DNA from: Cellvibrionaceae bacterium
GTDB taxonomy: Bacteria; Pseudomonadota; Gammaproteobacteria; Pseudomonadales; Cellvibrionaceae
Direction of reading: 5' to 3'
Assembly (NCBI GenBank): GCA_050289365.1
Contig: JBNKFP010000046.1
Coordinates: forward strand, 1-14,298
DNA length: 14,298 nt
The notes under the pieces were generated by a model that made no database searches, was not told the DNA's origin, and worked only from the letters and a program-made list of their open reading frames with translations. A program made the position numbers and the translations under genes. Below are positions 1-7,152 of this stretch, in pieces. Within the stretch, counting starts at the first letter, position 1. The number at the start of each line of letters is the position of its first letter.

Positions 1-3000
1 TTGGTACTCAGTGCTTCCGCTTTCACCGCGGCGATTTCTTTGCTCAGTTTGCTTGGCGATTCTCCACTTTCTAACAGTGACCAGACAATATAGGCGTTGG
101 TGGTGGGGACTGGGGCGCGGCCAAAACTGTCCAGGGCTTTGCTGTCGAGTTTGAAATTGCCTTCGCCATCGCGACGGCTGAGCAGCCAATTGCGGGTGCG
201 CTCAATCATGGCTTGATCCACATTCATGACTTTGCTGAGATCGTGAAATTCCATCAGGCCATAGGCGGTGAGGGCTTCGTGCGCGGGATTGGCGCCAAAC
301 CATTCGTAGCCTTGGTCGGGAGATTCGAAGCCAATGAGGCGGGCATAACCTTTTTCCAATAGGTCTTTGGCTTTGCTGATTTTCTCCGGTGGGATTCCTT
401 GGTGAGTTAAAAAGTACTGCTGTGCCATGACCAGTGGATAGGTGGTTGAGCTGGTTTGCTCGAAGCAGCCATAGGGTTCGCGAAGTAACGCATTGAGAGC
501 TTCTTCCATGCTCGCCAGTGGCGACGGGTAAACTTTGATTTCGGTCCGTAAGCTGCCCGGTTCCACTTGTTTGGGAATTTCAATTCGGGTGCTAAAGCGA
601 TGGTCTGCTGACAGTAATCCACCCTGATTGATGCTTATAGGGAAACCTTTGGGTAGAACCTTAAGGCTGCGGGTGACGCTGTCGCTAAAGGGACCCGCAG
701 CAGCATTTATATTGAGCTCATAAGTGCCGGGCTGATCCACTTGGATGCGAAGCAGTTGGCGCGCTCTTTGGTCTGGAGCCAAGTGAATCGGTTGCGCTTG
801 TTCAATGCGAAGACCTTCACCGCGGGCGATGAGGGTTGCGTCACTTAAGCTGTTTGCGGTGCCGTTGACAAGTGCAATGGGCAGTTCGAGCACATCACCG
901 ACGGTGATCGAAAGCGGCATTTTCGGCTCGATATAAAAGGGTTCGACCGATTCAATTTTTTGATCGGCGCTGCCCAAAGCACCGTTGCGACCGAACGCGT
1001 CGGCGGCAACGCTGCCCAAAGCACCGTTGCGACCGAACGCGTCGGCGGCAACCTTAAAACTGGTTACGCTATCGGACAAGTCAAAGCTGATTTGCGCCTG
1101 GCCACTGCGAGCACTGGTTTTGATGCCGGCATTCCAGTAAAGCGTTTCAGTAAAATCACGGCGGTCATTGGCTTGACGATTGGCGCGCACTGGGTGGGCG
1201 TATTCGCGGATATAGACATTGTTCCACTGGCGCCCGTCGAAAAGATCTTCGTCCATGGCGCGCTTTTCAAAAAGTCGCGCCACTTTTTCTTTAGCGGCCG
1301 CCGCGATTTTTTGCACAGGCTTTGCGCCTTGATCTTTTTTGATTTCCGGACCATTGTCGTCTGCTGCTATTACCTCCTCGTCAGCAAGCGCCTCCAACCC
1401 TGCAAGTTCTTGCTCCTCGGCAAGCATGTCCACGACGGCTTCTGGCCTAGGCGCAGCGGCCATAGGTAATACCTGGCCACGATTTCTCATTAGCCCTACA
1501 GCGGCAATATGAGGACTGTTTTCCGCCATAATTCTTTTGATTGCGTCAGCATATTGGTTTTTTAATGCGGGGTAATTGACCAGAACAAAACGGCGCCATC
1601 CTTGTGTGCCCAGAAGCAGGTCCACCGCATTTGGACTCTCTGGATTATTGGGATCCAAATAGACCTGGGCGTCCGCCAAATCCATAACTTCGTTTTCCAG
1701 GTATACCATGACCGGTAAATTCGGAGCCTGCTCGCGTTTTTCAATCATTTCCAGCACCGCATCGTCGGTCACAGTCAATCCCACCACGGCTTCAACGGGG
1801 CGGCCATTTTCATCAGTGGTGGTCACGTCCAGAGTGACTTTTTCGCCCGGCACATAGCGTTGCTTAGATGCCTTGATGTCGATATGGACGGCAAACTTGG
1901 GCTGGCGGTAAATGAGTCGTTCCGCGAGCGGTTTGCCGCTGGCGCTCCAAAGAGTTGCAATCAATACGCCTTCAGCATCTTTCCCTTGTAAGGTAATTGG
2001 CTGATTCATCTCCTTGGTAATGGTAAAGCTGCGGCTGTCCAAACTCTGCTCGCGTTTGTGTAGGGTGAGTACGAGGTTTTGCTGATCAGAAGCTTGTACT
2101 TTGAAACTGATCTCATCGTCAAAGCCGTAGAGCGTTTGCGTGGCTTGCAAGGTCACGCCTTTTACGGCGACTTCTGGCAGTGGGAATTCCCGTGTTATGC
2201 CTGAGGGCGAAGTGAGTTTGAGAGCGTAAGTGCCGCTGGTATTGGGGGTAAAACTGAACAGGCCTCGGCCTTCATGTTCTGTGGCCACAGATACGCCAGC
2301 CACCGCTTCGCTGCGACCGTTCTGCTGATGCACTATAAAGCCTCTAATGTCAGCGGGTTTGCCGTCTGGTCTTAGGGCTTGTACATAAACGCGATTGGCC
2401 AAACCCGCTACTAATTCACCGCCCTCTGGATAAAAAGTTATGTCTAAATTTTGCAAAAGGATCGGTAGGGTTTTCGACGCAGTTTCAATCACACCGCCGT
2501 CTTCAATCACAAACGCCAGATTGCCATCGCCCGTTTCAATCGTCTCCGGCAGCCTAAATTCGGCATAACACAAACCATTACTACCCACCTTAAAACCGGC
2601 TTGCTGGAAGACTTCAGAGCCATCGACGCGAGCGATGACGGTCACACTGGCACCAACCGGAATCCCTCCCTCTGCGCGCTTAACGTCAACTGTGGCTTGA
2701 ACCAAATCCCCGGGGCCATAACCTTCGCGGGTAAATTCAATTTGGGTTTTTAAGCGTGGTGCGCGGTAAGCGCGAATATCAAATGTGCGTGTGGCCTTAG
2801 GTGTGCCTTGGTCGCTGCTGATGACTTCAGCGGTATATTCTCCACCGGCTGTGCCCATCGGAATTTCCCATTTAAGGCCACCGCTGCTGTTTTCAATTTG
2901 GCTATCGCCGTCAAATAGGGTTTCACCTTTTGGTCCCTTAATTTTCAATCCGATGTGTCCGCCGTCCATGGGTATTGGTGTATTGTCCGTGGCGTTTAGG

Positions 3001-3206
3001 ACGGTGACTCTGATATAGACGGGTTCGCCTTCGCGGTAGATTGGTTTATCCGTACTGACATAGGCCAGATAGCGTGTTGCGCCGCCTAACTGGTCCGTGT
3101 TGATGGCTTGGTCCTGCATATGTAGTGCTCCTGATGTTGCGTTGGTGGCGGCCCAGACCAGGGCCAGTAAAAGCATGAATGTGAAGCGGGTTTTGAGATT
3201 TACCAT
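1..3206 (-). CDS. Alpha-2-macroglobulin family protein (MG domains, bait-like region, thioester motif). The N-terminal ~1068 aa are present; the C-terminus runs off the window start. The frame is partial at the edge: the last full codon occupies bases 3-5.
   Basis: ATG at 3206-3204 preceded by GGAGA (6-nt spacing). The N-terminus MVNLKTRFTFMLLLALVWAATNA is a signal-peptidase-I-type signal peptide with no lipobox Cys. The reading frame (codon high coordinate = 2 mod 3) stays open from 3206 to base 3; the ORF track shows no complete ORF in this frame, which is consistent with a single ORF running off the edge. Translation contains ...EALNALLREPYGCFEQTSSTTYPLVMAQQYF... (nt 456-500), matching the A2M/complement thioester region (human A2M PYGCGEQNM). 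The segment FTETLYWNAGIKT...SVTSFKVAADAFGRNGALGS aligns with the human A2M post-bait segment PETWIWDLVVV...[21 protein letters not shown]. The N-terminal MG-like beta-sandwich text (YLAYVSTDKPIYREGEPVYIRVTV...) is typical of bacterial A2M/YfaS/YfhM-type proteins. Confidence 0.85.
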   Translation of the reverse strand, partial: MVNLKTRFTFMLLLALVWAATNATSGALHMQDQAINTDQLGGATRYLAYVSTDKPIYREGEPVYIRVTVLNATDNTPIPMDGGHIGLKIKGPKGETLFDGDSQIENSSGGLKWEIPMGTAGGEYTAEVISSDQGTPKATRTFDIRAYRAPRLKTQIEFTREGYGPGDLVQATVDVKRAEGGIPVGASVTVIARVDGSEVFQQAGFKVGSNGLCYAEFRLPETIETGDGNLAFVIEDGGVIETASKTLPILLQNLDITFYPEGGELVAGLANRVYVQALRPDGKPADIRGFIVHQQNGRSEAVAGVSVATEHEGRGLFSFTPNTSGTYALKLTSPSGITREFPLPEVAVKGVTLQATQTLYGFDDEISFKVQASDQQNLVLTLHKREQSLDSRSFTITKEMNQPITLQGKDAEGVLIATLWSASGKPLAERLIYRQPKFAVHIDIKASKQRYVPGEKVTLDVTTTDENGRPVEAVVGLTVTDDAVLEMIEKREQAPNLPVMVYLENEVMDLADAQVYLDPNNPESPNAVDLLLGTQGWRRFVLVNYPALKNQYADAIKRIMAENSPHIAAVGLMRNRGQVLPMAAAPRPEAVVDMLAEEQELAGLEALADEEVIAADDNGPEIKKDQGAKPVQKIAAAAKEKVARLFEKRAMDEDLFDGRQWNNVYIREYAHPVRANRQANDRRDFTETLYWNAGIKTSARSGQAQISFDLSDSVTSFKVAADAFGRNGALGSVAADAFGRNGALGSADQKIESVEPFYIEPKMPLSITVGDVLELPIALVNGTANSLSDATLIARGEGLRIEQAQPIHLAPDQRARQLLRIQVDQPGTYELNINAAAGPFSDSVTRSLKVLPKGFPISINQGGLLSADHRFSTRIEIPKQVEPGSLRTEIKVYPSPLASMEEALNALLREPYGCFEQTSSTTYPLVMAQQYFLTHQGIPPEKISKAKDLLEKGYARLIGFESPDQGYEWFGANPAHEALTAYGLMEFHDLSKVMNVDQAMIERTRNWLLSRRDGEGNFKLDSKALDSFGRAPVPTTNAYIVWSLLESGESPSKLSKEIAAVKAEALST
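969..1052 (-). repeat. Perfect 42-bp tandem direct repeat (2 copies: 969-1010 and 1011-1052), in frame inside the A2M CDS. It duplicates the 14-aa peptide VAADAFGRNGALGS.
   Basis: gctgcccaaagcaccgttgcgaccgaacgcgtcggcggcaac occurs twice back to back with zero mismatches. Shadow ORFs in other frames on both strands also show the repeated peptide (for example LPPTRSVATVLWAA x2). Confidence 0.9.
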
Positions 3207-3343
3207 GGGGTGTCTCCAAAGACTGGAACAGTCCGTTTAAATTTGATTCCAATACTTAGACGGGGGATTGGAGCAAAACCTTGGAAGAAAGTTAAAATTT
3301 TTTGTTCTATTCGTCTTGATGGGGGTGGCGGGTCGTGTTGCAG

Positions 3344-3391
3344 GATATAACTCCCTTTCTGGCACTGATGTGCCAGAAAGGGAGTTATATC
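3344..3391. other. Perfect 22-bp inverted repeat with a 4-nt loop (gatataactccctttctggcac-tgat-gtgccagaaagggagttatatc), lying between the rimK stop and the A2M start.
   Basis: Exact reverse-complement arms read directly from the sequence. Neither strand has a U/T tract immediately 3' of the stem, so it is not a canonical intrinsic terminator. Confidence 0.7.
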
Positions 3392-3459
3392 GAGGTTGGT
3401 GTAGTGCTTGGGTGGCTGGAAATGGAGTCTTGGCGGATACGGTCTAGTCGCGCACCTGC

Positions 3460-4374
3460 TTAACCTTTACCGGTAATCTTATTGGGGCCCTTTTCCGAGT
3501 CCTTTTCAATATATTCAATAATGGCAGAGGCGACATCTTTTTCTGTCGCCGATTCTATGCCTTCAAGCCCTGGAGACGAATTGACTTCCAGCACCAAAGG
3601 TCCGTGGGCAGATCGGACAATATCGACTCCAGCAATATCCAAGCCCATAACTTTGGCGGTACGCACAGCCAAAGATCGCTCTTCAGGTTTGAGTTTAATG
3701 AGTTCAGCTGAGCCGCCGCGATGCAAGTTGGAGCGATATTCGCCTTCTTTGGCTTTGCGCATCATGGCAGCTATCACTTTATCGCCAATGACAAAACAGC
3801 GAATATCTGCGCCACCCGCTTCTTTAATAAATTCCTGCACGAGAAAGTCGGTTTGCAGATCCCGAAAGGCATTGATCAAACTTTCCGCCGCTTTTTCGGT
3901 TTCTGCCAGAAGTACCCCTTTTCCTTGCGTGCTGTTCATGACTTTCACGATAAGGGGCGCACCTCCAACAAATTTAATCAGGTCCTCGGTGGCATCGGCG
4001 CGATTGGCATAGCCGGTGATTGGCATGCCAATCCCTTTGCGGGCTAACAACTGGTGGGCGCGTAACTTGTCGCGGGAGCGGGTGATCGCAACCGATTCGT
4101 TGACAGAATAGATATTGCCCACTTCAAATTGCCGTAGTACGGCAGTGCCGTAAGCCGTTACTGACGCGCCAATCCGCGGAATGACCGCATCAAATTGCAA
4201 TTTTTCTTTAACGCCTTTGTGCTTGTAGTACACCGTGGGCTCATTGGAAGTGATATTCATATAGCACTTGAGGACATCCACCACCTTCGCGGTATGGCCT
4301 CGATTCACGGCGGCTTCCACCAATCTTCTGGTTGAATAAAGTTTAGGGTTGCGGGACAAAATGCCGATATGCAT
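3460..4374 (-). CDS. rimK: Ribosomal protein S6--L-glutamate ligase RimK (ATP-grasp family)
   Basis: The 304-aa product aligns along its whole length with E. coli RimK as I recall it (MxIxILSR...LYSxxRLxEAAxxRGH...CYMNI...FDAVIPRIG...LRQFE...NESVAIxRxRDKLRxxQLLARxGI...VGGAPLVVK...QGxGVxLAET...AESxIxAFRxL...ILVQEYIKEAxGxDIRCxVxGDxVxAA...[16 protein letters not shown]...[22 protein letters not shown]). It is 304 aa, like E. coli RimK. Confidence 0.95.
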   Translation of the reverse strand: MHIGILSRNPKLYSTRRLVEAAVNRGHTAKVVDVLKCYMNITSNEPTVYYKHKGVKEKLQFDAVIPRIGASVTAYGTAVLRQFEVGNIYSVNESVAITRSRDKLRAHQLLARKGIGMPITGYANRADATEDLIKFVGGAPLIVKVMNSTQGKGVLLAETEKAAESLINAFRDLQTDFLVQEFIKEAGGADIRCFVIGDKVIAAMMRKAKEGEYRSNLHRGGSAELIKLKPEERSLAVRTAKVMGLDIAGVDIVRSAHGPLVLEVNSSPGLEGIESATEKDVASAIIEYIEKDSEKGPNKITGKG

Positions 4375-4651
4375 ACAGATTTCCGATAGTAGGTGAATTT
4401 GTTAAGGCGGTATTTAAATTGACGAACACAAAGTGAATTTATTTTGATGTTTGCTCAAGTATAAAGCGATTTTAGCTTTGAATTCAAAATTCCGGTGAAC
4501 TGAGCACTTTTTTACCTTATTAAAGGGGCATTACTATTACACCTTTTTGATTGGGAAGCGATGACATTTTAGCTGTGATGGCGAAAGTGGGACAAAAAAG
4601 ATGCTGTCTTTCTCATTCGGCATCCATTTTCGGTTAGCTGAGGTTGGTCGA

Positions 4652-5443
4652 TTACGGGCTGGTTTGAGGCCGGAAGGTCTTTTTTGAGGGGGCTGAATTG
4701 TGTTCTAGCAACTTCACGTTATTAGGGCCATTTTCACGGTAGCTTGTGCCGGTTGTTTCGCTATTACTGTTTTTAGTGAATGTAATTCTCTGAGCTAAGC
4801 GTGGCCCAGTATTCACACAGTGTTGCTTTTCGCTCATGCTGACAATTCCGACCACTTGATTTTTAGTGTTGAGAATAGGACCTCCTGAGTCACCTCGACA
4901 GGCGCCAGATAAAAAATGGACAAATTTAGAATCGATTGACACCTCGGTTAATTTTCTGGATTTCTTTAGCCCAAAGTAACCCCATTCGTCTTCACCAAAA
5001 CCCCAGGCGACCAAAGTGCTGTTAGGGTCGATTAATCGTGCCAATTTCAGCGGTGTAATTGTATTTGGTGTTGGGCTGGTTAATTGAATGATATCGTGGG
5101 ATAAAAAATCGTTTACGGTTTGCAAGGGAATTGTGTGCAACGCTGTAATTTGAGTCACTTTTAACCACTGAGTCTGATTGTCGAACACATTGTTGCCAAT
5201 GCCAATTTGGAGTTGCGATGGGGGAAAATATTTATTGTCAGATAGAGAAAAGACACAGTGCGTTGCCGTCAAAATTGTATTGGAACCGACAATGACACCG
5301 CTGCAAAAATTCGCTGAGCCTTTCACTTTTACGATGACAATCGCATTGCTGTCAAACGTGTATGGCTCCGAAAGGGTGTTGGCCCAAGTTGGGCTTGTAG
5401 CCAAAGCAAAAATGAAACGGCTGAGACATAAAATAAAACGCAT
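4652..5443 (-). CDS. Secreted trypsin-like (chymotrypsin-fold, S1 family) serine protease, 263 aa
   Basis: Signal peptide MRFILCLSRFIFALATSPTWA. The catalytic triad motifs sit in the canonical order and spacing: ILTATHC (His), SHDIIQL (Asp), CRGDSGGP (Ser). The C-terminal ~40 aa form a low-complexity tail. Confidence 0.85.
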   Translation of the reverse strand: MRFILCLSRFIFALATSPTWANTLSEPYTFDSNAIVIVKVKGSANFCSGVIVGSNTILTATHCVFSLSDNKYFPPSQLQIGIGNNVFDNQTQWLKVTQITALHTIPLQTVNDFLSHDIIQLTSPTPNTITPLKLARLIDPNSTLVAWGFGEDEWGYFGLKKSRKLTEVSIDSKFVHFLSGACRGDSGGPILNTKNQVVGIVSMSEKQHCVNTGPRLAQRITFTKNSNSETTGTSYRENGPNNVKLLEHNSAPSKKTFRPQTSP

Positions 5444-5456
5444 AAAAAATCCAAAA

Positions 5457-5484
5457 GGCTGACTTTTGATTTAGAAAGTCAGCC
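5457..5484 (-). terminator. Rho-independent terminator for the upstream (5496-6977) protease gene: 10-bp stem ggctgacttt/aaagtcagcc with an 8-nt loop. On the minus strand it is followed by CUUUUGGAUUUUUU, which runs straight into the ATG of the 4652-5443 protease gene.
   Basis: Perfect inverted repeat, then a T-rich tract on the minus strand (plus-strand 5441-5456 is cataaaaaatccaaaag). It lies 12 nt after the stop codon at 5496-5498. Confidence 0.65.
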
Positions 5485-5495
5485 AATCAGGCAGG

Positions 5496-6977
5496 TTAGG
5501 GGAAAACGGAGCGGAAATAGCTTATCCAACTCGCATATTGCGGCGTTAAGCGCAACATTCGGTCTGCTCGACTGACGTTGGCGCAAGAGTTGGAAGTCGC
5601 CGTCCCGCCGCAAGTCGATTGGATATCATGGGCGGTGTAATAAACGGAACCACTGCTGCCAACATGACCATCGCCGTAGAGATAGAGAGGCGAGCCACTC
5701 ATGCCTGCTGAGCCATCACAGGACATCCTGAAATTGCGGTTGTAGCCGTCGCCATCCAAATTAGTACCGTTGCCAACTGAACAGCTGGCAGCATCTCCGT
5801 ACATATGAAACGGGCTGCACACTTTTAAGTCCGTGGTGCAGGTTAGGCATTTGGCCGGATCGGCCGGATCGTCGATACGTGAACTGGCATTGCAGGATGG
5901 GTAGCCGCGGCTGTATTTATTGACCGTATTGAGTGACCCCATGGGTGCATACCAGTAACCCATCCAGCCGACATTATTGCCGAGCTTGTCGGGAATCACG
6001 ATGAGGCCAAAATCATATTGTTCGCGACTATTGACATTGGCTTGTCGCCATTGGCTCGGAGTGAAATACCAATAGGTGTTGCCGATGCTGGGGCATCCTT
6101 GAGTATTGGAGTTGGGGCAACCGGGCATGGCGGAGGATGCCGTCCACTGACTGCCGTTGCGACCTACGCGTACAGTGAAGGCATTGAAATCGTCGGAAGC
6201 AGAGGGGTTAATGCAGTGAGCCGCTGTCACAATGTGACGCGGTCCTACCAATGTGCCGGAACAGCCACTGTTAGGGCCGCCGTAGTCGAAATTGGCAATG
6301 GTGCGCCAGGGCCAGGTATTGATTTTGGTATTGAGTGATCCGAGCCGTACACGGTTGTCGTCATTGTAGCTCCAACCCATAGGGTAGTAGCGTTTTGGAT
6401 TTCGATTTTCAACACGTTCATCCGTTTCGGTTTGCTTGGCGCCGGTAAAGCTGATGTTCTGCTGCTTTTCCATTGCAATACGCAGAGTTAATTCCCGTAT
6501 TTCAGTTGGAATATAAAAGTTAAATTCATTGCGGGATTCAGGGTTGTACGCAGAAAAGCTGTCTAAAGTGGGGACGTCTTTGGGAGCATATTCGCGATAG
6601 CCGTCCACCCGATTAAACGTTTTGTCTGGTTCGCTTTCTGGCTGTTTTGGGGCGGCTTTGGCCATACGGCCTTTTCGCAGCCAATCTATCCGTACTGCGG
6701 GGAGATCGGCTAATCGTTCGGCACTGGTCTTCTGCAATAGGCGCAGCATGGATTCCGATTCATTGACCAATTGATAAGCGTCTCGAAAGATACTTTCATC
6801 GTTAGCTCGGTCCATTGGTGCACGAATCAAATATTCAATGCGGGTATCCTGACTTTGAAAACGTTTTTCAAAATATTCTTGTTCTTGTGCATGGGTCAGG
6901 CTGCATAAGAGCAGGGAGCAAGCGGTGATCGAAGTGGTTAGCGTAAGTTTAAGCTTAGCTGTCAGTCCTATAGGCAT
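5496..6977 (-). CDS. Secreted trypsin-fold serine protease precursor (493 aa): signal peptide, a ~220-aa N-terminal pro-region, then a Cys-rich S1 peptidase domain (S1B/glutamyl-endopeptidase-like or lysyl-endopeptidase-like)
   Basis: N-terminus MPIGLTAKLKLTLTTSITACSLLLCSLTHA|QEQ looks like a signal peptide. The protease domain has GCSGTLVGPRHIVTAAHC (His), DFGLIVI (Asp) and DGSAGMSGSPLY (Ser). There are more than 14 Cys in the mature domain. No catalytic motifs occur in the first ~220 residues, consistent with a propeptide. Confidence 0.8.
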   Translation of the reverse strand: MPIGLTAKLKLTLTTSITACSLLLCSLTHAQEQEYFEKRFQSQDTRIEYLIRAPMDRANDESIFRDAYQLVNESESMLRLLQKTSAERLADLPAVRIDWLRKGRMAKAAPKQPESEPDKTFNRVDGYREYAPKDVPTLDSFSAYNPESRNEFNFYIPTEIRELTLRIAMEKQQNISFTGAKQTETDERVENRNPKRYYPMGWSYNDDNRVRLGSLNTKINTWPWRTIANFDYGGPNSGCSGTLVGPRHIVTAAHCINPSASDDFNAFTVRVGRNGSQWTASSAMPGCPNSNTQGCPSIGNTYWYFTPSQWRQANVNSREQYDFGLIVIPDKLGNNVGWMGYWYAPMGSLNTVNKYSRGYPSCNASSRIDDPADPAKCLTCTTDLKVCSPFHMYGDAASCSVGNGTNLDGDGYNRNFRMSCDGSAGMSGSPLYLYGDGHVGSSGSVYYTAHDIQSTCGGTATSNSCANVSRADRMLRLTPQYASWISYFRSVFP

Positions 6978-7152
6978 AATATATTTCCATTGGGTGATGA
7001 GGTAGGGCTATTTTGACGGGAACGTTTGGGTGGGGAAGTGAATTAGTGTGGCCGTAAACTGTGAAAAATTCCCTTTAATCTTCAAATTGTCGATTTGGCG
7101 AGCGAAATGACAAATGCTCTATGCAAAATGTAGGCTCGTGCAATAATGGATA

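Noticed and set aside
969-1052. 42-bp direct repeat as a possible CRISPR or minisatellite array
   Set aside because: There are only two copies, directly abutting with no spacers, and the unit is a multiple of three inside a coding frame. It is a simple in-frame tandem duplication.
960-1469. 169-aa plus-strand ORF (and minus-strand ORFs 407-622, 845-1051, 1064-1354, 1562-1744) inside the A2M region
   Set aside because: They lie in the wrong frames or antisense to a 1068-codon open frame that carries unmistakable A2M motifs. Their sequences are low-complexity and repeat-derived (for example the duplicated peptide from the 42-bp repeat). They are shadow ORFs.
3344-3391. The 22-bp palindrome as a canonical rho-independent terminator for rimK
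   Set aside because: Neither strand has a U/T tract immediately 3' of the stem, so I kept it as an unexplained stem-loop rather than calling it a terminator.
3482-4047. Plus-strand ORFs 3482-4012 (176 aa) and 3721-4047 (108 aa)
   Set aside because: They are antisense to rimK, whose product aligns end to end with E. coli RimK. Their composition is Ser/Ala/Arg-rich noise typical of antisense frames.
5178-6478. ORFs 5178-5462 (+), 6018-6338 (+) and 6245-6478 (-) overlapping the protease genes
   Set aside because: They are antisense or out of frame relative to CDSs with complete catalytic triads. No independent signals support them.
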